Source of the DNA: Phoronis australis
Taxonomy: Eukaryota; Animalia; Phoronida
Assembly (NCBI GenBank): GCA_002633005.1
Contig: NMRA01000485.1
Span: 58,279 to 122,278 of the forward strand
Direction: 5' to 3'
Length of the DNA: 64,000 nucleotides
In this document: positions 10,601-22,600 of the stretch, piece by piece
Numbering within the stretch: the stretch's first letter is position 1
Layout of the letters: every line of letters begins with the position of its first letter
Made by a program: the position numbers and the translations under genes
The notes under the pieces: model-generated
Databases searched by the model: none
Told to the model about the DNA's origin: nothing
What the model saw: only the letters and a program-made list of their open reading frames with translations

Positions 10601-13600
10601 TAAATTCATTTGGTGAATGAGAGATATTTTCCCATAAATCCAAAGCTTAAACACCACAAACAATAGGCTGACCACTACAAGGAAATTTTTGATCATCTGG
10701 TAGAAATTAGTTTCTACAACAAAAAATAAGACAGACTGCTATGAAGACACCTAATTTTTGGAAGGTTGGCCAACCGTGAAATTTGATGAGTAATGTAAAG
10801 TTACCTTTCAGAGTTACAAAGTTTATAGAAACCACTAGCTTTTGGTGTCACCTCGACACCTTCATTGGGTGGAATGGAGTTGTAACTGGGCCTCGTCTGT
10901 GTCTGTTACTTATTCCCGACGATCCGACAGACGTCACATCACATGACACATGACAATGATGACGTAATAAACAAAGGCAAGGCCCAGATACCAGCCATTC
11001 GACCCGACAAAGGTCTCAAGATGAGACCGAAAGCTAATGGTTACTATAAACTTCATGACTCCGAAAAATAACTTTACATTCATATTCTAACCGAGTCAGT
11101 GACAAGAGAAATTTGATGACGTGTTACAAGCCTGGCAATTGAATTATCTGTTAGGGCACGAAATTCAATTCATCGCGGAACATAAATTCAGTTAGCCGTA
11201 GCATGGTAAGGTCCGACACATACTTTGTAGTTAAGACGACATGACTCGGGCAGAAAATACCAAGAAGTAATCCACTAATGTCTGAGGAAAAGCTGGACTT
11301 TTGCTCCAACAACTATCAGGGGCCCCATGGAAAGCAGTGTGAACTGATGGGGCTACCCTCATTGTAAATATTACATATTTAACAAATAAATCAATAAACA
11401 AATACACAGCTCAATCCATTACTACCGTGCTGCCTCTTCTAAACCTTCATTGTCGCGGACAGAGATGCTGCTTATAGCAATGTTGTCGCCACTGGCGCCT
11501 AGGGTGTCCACAGAAACAGATTGAGGCAAGAACTCTACGTCACTGACAGGGTTATTGTCCGGCGAGTCATCGGGGAACGAGTTATCTTGCCCTGAATAAA
11601 CAGACAAAAGATTCACGACTCAACAAAATCTTACCACAATTGGTCAGTTGAAATGGCACGCCTGAATGTACATCACTGGTCAGTCTCAAATTGATTTTAA
11701 CCGTATTCAACAAGACATAAATTAAACATAAATTAATGAATATTGTTAACACATTAAGCACATGAAAAACATATACCATGCAGCCAGGTGCATAAATTAT
11801 AAGGGAATGGATTGTATGAATGTATAATTGATGAAAAATACTAAAATTTTACTCTTAGAGTTTAACTATTCTCATTTCCCAGCTTAGTAATATCCAGTAT
11901 ATAAAACCTGAGAGTATCAAAGCACATTCCACCAGCTCACTGATCATGCAGCGGCCTCTGCGGGCAAATGTGTGATGAGCCATTGACATGACAGGCAAAG
12001 AATTAGAATTTGCAACACAACATGGACAAACACATGTTCAGCATTGCCCAGCAGTTTTTGCACCACCACACAAACCAATATAGCTGTCTGTTCGAGCTGG
12101 TCACTTGGGAACAATATCGAAGGATGAAAAATATCTGTTCAATACAGAATGCTGTAATTAACAGCTGTCGTACAGGTCCAAATACTGAGATACGTCCTTC
12201 AAGCGTATACCTTCAAGTTCCCAAATCATAATTTATTTAAAGCAGCAGGATAGGCACCACCAGACCAGACATCTGACACAAAATAAAACATGGAATATTT
12301 AGCATAATGGTCTCCTTAGCGAGTGGGGTGAACAAGATGTACATGCACTCCCAGGCTTCCCTCCTTTCCCGGTCTCCATTAGTCTCACCCCCAACCCTGC
12401 TTTGCTGTAGCCACAAAGTGTTGCCACCTCTTGAGCTTCATCAAAGAGACAGTAAGCCCACCATCGAACACAAAAGGTAACTTATGATCTAGCTCACTAA
12501 CCGTTTTGAAATTGCTCTTAAATTTTTTTAAGTTAGAGGTATTTCAGGGGTTCGAAAGAGAACATTTCAGGCTCTACAAGTTGCCTTGTGACAGCGTGTC
12601 GTTTTATGCACTGTGAATGGTCTCAAGGAACATCAAGTTTTTTGCTAAACCAGAAATCACAGTTTTATGAACGAACGGCGACTGATGAAAAGTGTGTATT
12701 ACAAAAAGCAGTGTTGGCAACACCAAAAAACAGCAAGTGCAGATCTGAAGTGAATTTTTAAACCTTCAAAAGAAAATCTTCTCACATCAAAACATTTCCA
12801 TGTGACTAATGATCATGAATAACATACTTTTTGACAATTGGCAAAAAATCTCATTTACTCTCAGAACAGTATTAGAGATGGAAACACATCCCCCTGAGCA
12901 GATGAATAGAAGGTATTTCTCACGACACTCCAACCAACCGTGCAAGAAACTGAGGCATGCGAGAACTGAAACTGTTGGAACAGTGTAACAAAGATCACAA
13001 GACAGAAACAGCATAGACCCTTGACTGCTGATTATCAGGTATCCTGAGCAGGAATGGCTTTCTATATTAAAATCACTCTGCAATTAGTGCAGTATTCTGT
13101 AACCATTACCATATTCATGGTCACAGACCTGAGGTACAGTTCAAAGCACAGGACCATTGCTTTGCCAAAGGTAGTAAATTTTTATTCGTTAATCTGGTAA
13201 GACGTTAGTCGAGTAAAATAGTTAGGACTGTTAGTTGCTACATTCATTATCACGGAACAAACTTCTTGTAAATTTTTAATTAATTCTCATAAAACTATCA
13301 ATGATGATCTCATAATCTCATTATGTGCACATTTAATTACAATGACAGGGCATGGGGTCTTACCTTGTACTCAGAATCAAATTTTTGTCTAAAAGTGTTA
13401 ATTTTTCAAAGATCGCAGTCATTTCCATAATACACATTTTTAAGCTACAAAAGCTTGTCAAGGATTTTATATTGCAGCCTTGTAGCCCGAGTACTCCGGT
13501 CTCAGGATGAAAGCATCGTCCTAAACAAGAGAAACAGACTGAGGTATCTATTTTTCGACAGCCAAAACGGCCTTGAAAGCATACCCCAGACACAACATTA

Positions 13601-16600
13601 TGGCTAATAGGTTATAATGAAATATGATTTGAAAGTTTTGTGCAAAATATTTTTCAAGGAATATAAGGTGATCTTCATGAAAAAAACACATTCAACCATT
13701 TAGAAAAAATACATTCGTGTGACTACAAGCATTGCTTTGTACACAAGTCATAAGACTCCTAAGCATAGTTTTGTGGCTCTAATATTACCTAAAATAATTT
13801 GTCCATGGTAAACAAAGGTAGCCCGATACTTTAAGACAAAAGATAAAGGACAGGCAGGAAGTCAGTCACATGACTTGAAAACTTATTATAACTGGTTACA
13901 CTCACCTCTAGGTGTCGTAACTGCAAGGTAATTAGTGAGAATGCTATTAATAGTCAAGGCGTCAGAAGCAGCAGGCATTTTTTCACAGTTTTGTGGACCC
14001 CGAATCACCCTTGCTTGAGGAGAGCTATCCATGGAAGGATTTCAATAAACAATTATCTCCGGAATTACCTGCATGTGCTTGTTCGTTATTACAATTTGGT
14101 TATACTGTTAAAAACAAATGAACGTTATCTCCAACTTTGGAAGAGAACACAACCAGTGTCGATGTTGCAAAGTAAAATACAGATCCCTGATTATCTTAAG
14201 TTTATTGGCACACTTTTTCTCGTTACTGTTCCCCCGGTAAGAATTAATACTATCTACACAACAATAGAGTATGACGCCGATGGCCCACTAAAAGCTCGCA
14301 CCCTGGTTCTGCAACCAATTCTACTGGGCAAACACAATGCTCTATTAGTTCTGTGTGAGTGTCGGCAAAGACAAGAGAGGTCAGCTTTAAACCCTTATTG
14401 AGATACGGGGAAACCAATAACCAGTTTGCCAAAATCACTATTACCAGAGTGAAGGTCACATTACAAATATTATCCGTTTAGTTTCAACTACAGATGAAAG
14501 CAGTTTGAATCAAAATCCAGATCACTGAATCTAGTCTATTGCAAAGTGTGTCCCACATCTCAACTCGCATACCAATTACCTACCACAATGAAGAGATTAA
14601 TGTGTACGTGTCTGTTCCAGTTGACACACTGGTCAACAAACTAAATCTAATTCGATCGCTTTAATTGCTAATTTCATTGTATTTTTGTGGGAAATTTGCC
14701 CAGGTCAAACTGTTCATAAAGAATTCGATTCCAGAAGCCAAACCTTTAAAAACATCATCAGTTGCAAAGTGTGGTACTGCCTGAATACATAATTGCCCTG
14801 CTCCACACACACGGACCTTAAAACTGTGTTCATTAAAAGAACTGATGACACCAACGGTTCTTGCACTCATCAAGTACAAGGTGCCGTGCAATGGGTCGAG
14901 TTACTTATGAGTTCCCCAAATACAATCCAATGGCTTTCTTCCCGGATGGATACAATATTTGTTAAGCACTTAATACACACTGCGGGTTATTACCACTGCA
15001 GTAGCAAGAAATCACTTTCAGCGAGTCACAAGAAAAGGAGTCTGTAACTGACCTGCTATATTACCAGCCATCACACTTGAGATGTCAAAGCCATTACGAC
15101 TTCGTAACACACCTACGCCAAAACGAGCGTCAAAGCCAGCGCTGAAAGAACGTTAAACAACAGGTACAGGATATTGAAGTGAAGCGCAACAGACATTCAG
15201 TGACCAACAATGATCTTAAGGCTTACAGAATGGAGATTCACAATCATATGTCAGAATAAATATTGACATATACATAATGTATTTATACCTCAACATCTAT
15301 TTTTAGATGATGTTTATCACTTTGGTTCTGGAGTCAATGTACTCCAAAGATTCCAGAAATTTCTGAGATCAATGATATGATTAGATGAGATCATGTGGTT
15401 TTTATTAACCAATCATTATTTAGTAAAATTTAGGCAGAAGTTTGGAAAATACTCAGATGGGATTTAGTAGTTGAAGCTAGAAAACTTTCTACAGTGCACA
15501 TTGTGCAACAACGCCATCTCGTGGAAGATTCTAAAGAGAACCTTGGCAAGGGCAAGGGTTAACAAACAGGAAGTTAACTAAGAGCTTGTCACTTGCATCG
15601 TGGGTAGTAAGATACTCCGTGCAAGGGTTGCATCATGAGAAGTGACCTGCAAGAGGAATCATGGGTAGAAGATACTGCCTGCAACTGCTGCGTCACAAGA
15701 CAATGTGACCAGCAAGAAGAATAGTGGATAGAAGATGTTGCCTGCAAGTGTTGTGTCACCAGAGACTGTGACTAGCAAGAGGAATTGCGGGTAGAAGATG
15801 TTGCCTGCAAATGCTGTGTCACAAGAGACTGCGACCAGCAAGAGGAAATAGTGGATAGAAGATATTGTCTGAAAGTGTTGCGTCACCAGAGACTGTGACC
15901 AGCAAGTACACTGTCATGGTACAGCGTGTGTTAGGTTGAAGATTCACCAACAGGACTGCCATCCATGGATTGAGTACTCCAGCTTGGATAGCAGGTAAGA
16001 TGTTTGATAATTTTTATTGGTTGATTGATTGAAGTAATCCTTACAGAGGGACCAAGCCTAGTTATTTTACTCTTTTTCATTGCTAGATTACTTAATTAAC
16101 ACTTGTTTTAATTAGTTGCTATCACATAATAAATTAATTACTGACTGGATTTGATCATGGCCTCTCCATCCACGCACAATCTCAAAGCACAGCTACCTAA
16201 GTTTTAAACAAACCCACAGTCAACTTGCATCACAAGACCTATGTACTATCAACTGAGACGGAGAATACTCAGATGGAGACTGTTTTGTAAGTTGCCACAG
16301 CTGGATAGCTAGACCAGTATAGCTTATTGATGTTTGATGTTTACTATTACAGTAGCAGCAGCTCCATCTTTTGTTCACTGCCAAACATAATTTGCTTACT
16401 TAATAAAAAGGAGCATAATCAATTTTATGGCCGAAAACACATTTTGGGAATTAATGTTGGACAGGAAAGACTTAATTATTAGGTATGACCAGAGCTGTAA
16501 AACTACAAAACCCATTGTGTTTTTGGGATTCCATTGCAAATCATTAATTGTTGCCATTATGCGCCACTCATTCTGATGCTCGAGTTTTGGCCAATGTTTG

Positions 16601-19600
16601 GTGATCTGTCTTTGATAATGACTCTTATGTGTCAGCTGACATTCACCACTCTGAAAAAGTACTGCTTAGTACACTGACACAGGTTCCGCTGAGAAACATT
16701 TCTCCAAAGACGACAGTTTAGCAAAACATCTGACATGATTGTAACAGGTAATATATAGATTAATGCAACCCTGAAAAGGTTCTTTGTTTCTAAAATAATT
16801 GACTTCTATAACCATTAAGCCCAAAAACTGATATCGTAAAAGGACTTTACCATCTGATGTCTAATAGACACCGGTGATGGTTTGTTTTACAGTTGAATAA
16901 AATTCGCCACACTTTATGATCAACAGAGCCACTTACTGCATAACATGAAAATACAGCTGCAAAGTTTATCTCTTACGGTAAAAACCTGCCACCTACTGTA
17001 TAACGTGAAAGTACTCTTCCATGGCCTGTGGGTTGTCCTCCCTCCAGTTAGATTTGAAGCCCACCATCAGTGTGTTGGGGCGTAGTTTACCCATACCACA
17101 GGTCTGCAAAAGGCACTCCACGCCGTGACGCAGATTGGGTGCCACCACGTATGTATGGAATGACTTGACGTGTCGATCGCGAAACCAATCTGCAATCTGA
17201 CGGTGTCTTGGAAAGTGGCGAAAGTGTTTCTCCACGTTGGGCTGGAAATAAGACGGAATCAAGTTGGGCAACCATTTTTTTAAAGCTTTTTAAACACAAA
17301 TTGCAATCAAGAGCAACACATATCGCTGATATGCACCCACTGTGTGCATTGTACATGGTACAGATACAAGGGATTCTCACTAAATGGAGCAATGCTAGTA
17401 AACTTAAAATAGCCTCTAGGGGCTTCATAGCAAGTCAGCAATGCTCTCCTCAATAGGAACACACTAGCCAAGCCCTTCAAAAAATTAAAACTGGGACTGG
17501 GGGCACAAAGGTAGTCAGATACGTCTCAACGTCGCCATCTGTTGTCATGTTCATAGAAATACAATTGCCTAAGTTCACAAATATCCAACAGGGGGAAACA
17601 GCAGCGGATGTGGATAAAGTAAACTGCCACTAGGGGGCACCACAGAAGTCAAACTCCAAAATCGCCACCAATGCCCCTCCCACTAAGAACAATTTTTAAT
17701 TACCAAATTGAATTTTCATAACAATTCTAAAAGTGCTTTGGCTGATAGAGAGATGGATGCCAAAAACAGACTAAAACACAATGGAAAACAGCCACTAGGA
17801 GGCATACACATATCGTGAATTTTTGTCCAACCAGTCAGCTAGGAGACGACGATCGGTCGTCGACCAGTTGGCTGATTTTTAGCTGACCATCAGCCGAACG
17901 CACTGCCGACTCATAAGGATAAGGAGACCCCTCAGCCAACTCTTGTTTTAAAATGCAGACAAAACAATACCGTTTTGAGATTTGGATTGTGCGAACTTTC
18001 CCACACGAGGACAGAGTTGGGCTCTTGGGTAGTGTTCCCCAGAACAAGGTTCTTGCAAGACCTCACCAAATCACCCGAGCAAAAAGCAAGATTAGTGTTT
18101 CCCGAGCAAGCTCCAGAGCTTACTAGCCTATCCCAGCAAAATGAGGTTCACTGAAGTGATTGGTTGGTGAGGAAAGAGCATTGAACTGTGGAATTGAAAT
18201 CACCAGTTCAGTTTCATGAAGATTAGTGTAAATTAATGTCTTGAGGTCTATGGAACACAGCTGTGCGTTCGTCGGTAGACTACAAGCCTTCACCACATTG
18301 TCCTTCACCGCGCTGGTCTCGGACCAAACTCCAGTGAGCGACAAGAACAACTGTGGGGAGAACGCAGACGGCCCTCATGGCAAACAAAAATTTATCTTTA
18401 AAGAGCTAAATTCTCAAAAACAATTATATCTGACACCAGAGGGTCATGATCAGTTCTCATCGAGTGTTCTAGTGACCTCACTCACCTCGATGATCACTTG
18501 TCCACAAACCATGAGGCCAATATTCTTGGTGATTCCCGAAGCAAAGTCGACCAGATCCGGGCGTGCGGATGGAAGACCAGTCAATACCAGGACCTGGGGC
18601 CTGGAAGAGAGAGTTACAATAAATTGGTTGGATGGGTGCCTAGAAGTCAGGTGGTTATGGGTTTATGAGCAGAGAAGTTATTTCTGGTGAACTGTTATGA
18701 TACTGATACTCCTTCGAAGTGATAGAACAGGCAATGTTCCTTACCTATAGTTTTTCACGTGCTCATCTATCATGGCTAGTCTCAGCGTCGACTGTAGGGC
18801 ATCCTTGTAAACGTTGGCCTGCGTCGAAGATCCCCAGTTGACGTCTGTGGGAAACAAAATGGGAAACGGCAACTCTGAAATTTCTTTTTTCGTATAATAC
18901 TGGGTTATTAATCACCGAGGCGCAAAAATCAAATGCGGTAAAATCCCATCAAATCAGGATGCAAAATATTTTATTTTTATGTATTCCATACCATGGATGA
19001 CACCAAATAAAGTCTCGAAAAGGAAAACAAAATTTTGGCAATTTCAAGTTTGTCTGAAATCGGTGAAACTTTATTGTACAAGATAACTTGACAAAGCTAC
19101 CAAAATTTACCACAAACAAGAAAAAATTGTGAAAGCAGGAAAATTCCATAAAACCAAAATTACATCAAAGTGAAATCTGTAAAACTGAACCCATGTTGGT
19201 ACGGACGCAGTTTTACAAGTTTCGGAACACTAGAGTTCGTTAACATTTAAATACAATTCAAAATTTCACAAGTCAGGCATTACGAATAAATTGGTATTTT
19301 CCATTATTTCCACAGCAAGACCTGCCTGTCAAATTATAAAACTCAATCTAACGGTAAGTTTAGATGACGATTTTGACATGACCTGTCTTAATAGTTGACG
19401 ATTTTGACATGACCTGTCTTAATAGTGTTCAGTCTAGCAATAATAGACAACACGTTACATATAACAAATAAAAAAACGTATTGTTAGTTCTCGTTTCCTC
19501 ACCATTCACTTTCAGAAAGTTTGTGAAGAAGCTAAATTTAAAACACTCTGCACACTCATAAATAGCAGCAGTACCATTACCTATGCGAGACATGGTAATT

Positions 19601-22600
19601 AATAGAAGAATGCACTAACCAGGTCTCTTGTGTCGGACGTACATATAGAGGGCTGTCACCACGACGATGGTTGTCAAGGCAGCCCACCAGTTGATGACAA
19701 ACATTACAGCGAGGCACACCACAGCGCCAAACAGACTTAGCCACATGGAGTAGAAGCGGAAGGCAGGCCGCCAGCCTAAAGTAAAAATTCAAGCGCTGAT
19801 GTTGGCCAATAGTGAATCAAACGAAAAAATGAGCACAGAAAAATCAACTGGAAATCGAACCACAGCTCTCTAGATTGCCGGTTATGCAAGTTGGCTGCAA
19901 ACAGCAATTGCACAGTAATCACTCCACACTAGCACTCGCAAGATACAGATGAAACTTTCAAGAAAAGATTTCATCAAAATTTACGTTGAAAACTACGAAG
20001 CAAGACGGACGAAATTTAGCTGTAGATTGTTAGAGAATAAGTCGGGACTTATTGCTCCAAAGTTTCCCTAACTTTGGATGAGAGGATACTCGGGGATCTT
20101 CCGAAAAGCACTGCACAAACTGACAAAGCACTTCTAAAGCCTCAGGTCGAATTAGTGGATCTTGAAGAGGCATTGACTCTAAAATAACATTTATGTTTAA
20201 TTGTTGCAAGTCACAATTTGACACAAAACTGTGACAGCTTTTTGGCACCTTTTGCAAGCATAAGTCGCATCAACTTTGCTTTTGTCACATGTGTCACACA
20301 CAATATTCTTTAAAAGTGATAACGATGAACTCCTAATTTTACAATTTATGAAAAGACCCACCGCATAGATGCTTCATAAAATAACTGTAAATAAAGCAAA
20401 ATGTTTGCAGCTTTCTTGAATCAGCAGATTACAGACATGACAGAATTCTCAAAATGTGACTAAATTTCGGGCAAGTATTAAAGTTTCGTTTCATAATGTC
20501 ACAACATCAAAGGGAATCCTGCCTTAAGTCATGAAGAAATAATTCCGTAGCTAGTAGCAACAGTGATCCTGTTGTATAATATTCTCAATTAAGAACTTGA
20601 ATGGTTTAATATAGAATTCAACCACGAGGACACATCATTCATCAGGTGGCGCCCTCTTTTATCATCTGAATAGATGGTGAACACCAAGCTATTCATAGGG
20701 ACGTTTAAGAAAGCGACGTCATAACGAATGCACTAATAGTAAGCCAATTCCACTGTTTTACAGGCCACCTGGTGAACCTCACAAAAACTTACCTGGAGAC
20801 TTTGACAGTGAAGCATCAAAGCATGCATAGTTAATCAACAGGTAAGCCATCAAAAAGAAGTTGGAGATGAGTGGAGCGATGCTGTTGAGGTCACCTGTTG
20901 GCAAGGAGTGAATGAAAGTGAATCAAGCATTTACATGCCATCAGTCAAATTTTGTCACGTCCATTAACAGTGATAATGTCAGGTAACCTGTTCCCAGTGG
21001 TCTAGAACTCTAGCAATTTGGTGTGTTTAAAGACTGATGTATTTGCATGATCCTAACTATGCTAACGTATAGCATGAACTAAACGACATTGCTTTTTGAA
21101 CATCATCTATGCTAAACAAAGTACAGTATCGACAACTTGTAAATGTGAAAACAAAAAATCTGCAAATAGGTGACTTTTGCACTAATGACGAATATCGCAG
21201 GGTCACATAGCCCGAACCACAGTCCCATTCTCCAACACCACATCACCATACTTACTAGACATGTTTGACTGATTTACAGCAGATCATTTTCGACACAAAA
21301 CTCGTTCTTAAAAACATTTCGCAATTTTCAACCTACACATCGTTACTATATGTTGCATTTCTAACTAATTTGACCATGCAATTATAGAGACATGGAATTA
21401 GCAAGAAAAGTTCCACTTTAATATGACGTATTCTTCTCTCCACCAGATAAATAATATGGACCGATCCAATATTTATTTGCTTAGTCCTGTCTATTTTATT
21501 ATGCTGGTTACACCATGATTATCACAGATGGCATTATATCTATTGTTTTGCAACAAAATCGGAATTAAAGTTTTCAAACTAACTTGATGGACCATAACAA
21601 CAACAATTCTTCATTTCTGGACATTACCGTGTATAATAAGTTTATTTACACGATGCTAGAAAGTAAACACATCACCTGCTATGTCCATTGTTTGCATCAA
21701 TTTTAAATTCTATACAGTCAAGGAACACAAACCATTAAAGGGACATTTCTGCTGACACTAGCATTAAGCACAAGATTTAAGACACAGAATACTCAATACA
21801 ATACAATACAATACAATACATTAGACACACAATGGAATACGACAACTACCTATACAGATGAATGCGATGGCAATAGCAAACGCTAGGAGGTAGGCGCGTC
21901 TTGGCTCTTCTGAAGGACCGTACCCTTTAGCAAAGATATGTATGCCAGGGAAGATTCCATCTTTACACACGGCCTATAAACAATAATGGTTAGTAGGTCA
22001 CATGGCACATTTAGACGCTAACCAATATTAACAATATGTTAATACATCACTGTACAAACTGTACACAAAAGTCATTAGCTAAAATTTGGGATAGCGTCAA
22101 GAGTGCTTATGACAAAAATGATAATTTCAAAATCAACAAAATTTAAACAACATCTAACTCATTTTATGAGAAAACTTAATGCTTTTATCTTAAAAATTAA
22201 AAATTGTTCTAAAAACTGCAAAAATCTGACAACAAAACGGTTTCATAAATGTGCTTTATCAATTCAAAATTTAAATAAATTCTAGAAACTGCAAAAATCA
22301 AAAGATTTTCTAGTCCGAGGAGATCAACCTAAGCAAAGAGTGAAATTGTCACCATTCAAAATGCCCACGTTAACAAACTGAAAGCCTGAAGAGAGAACAC
22401 TCTGTCATCAGGTTTACAGTAGTATTGTTACTTGAAGAGGAATAAATGTCAAATGCTGAACTTTTGGCCTACTGGATAAAAGACATGAGAAGAAATTCAA
22501 GAACAAATTAAAGAACACAGACATAGCCCAACTGGTAATTAATAACCACTAATTCAATTCATGATGACTGACACAGCACTGGTCATAAAATCCTGACTTC

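Noticed and set aside
13467-13520. Alternative terminal exon [17 protein letters not shown]
   Set aside because: Needs a phase-0 upstream donor, but the preceding exons end in phase 1.
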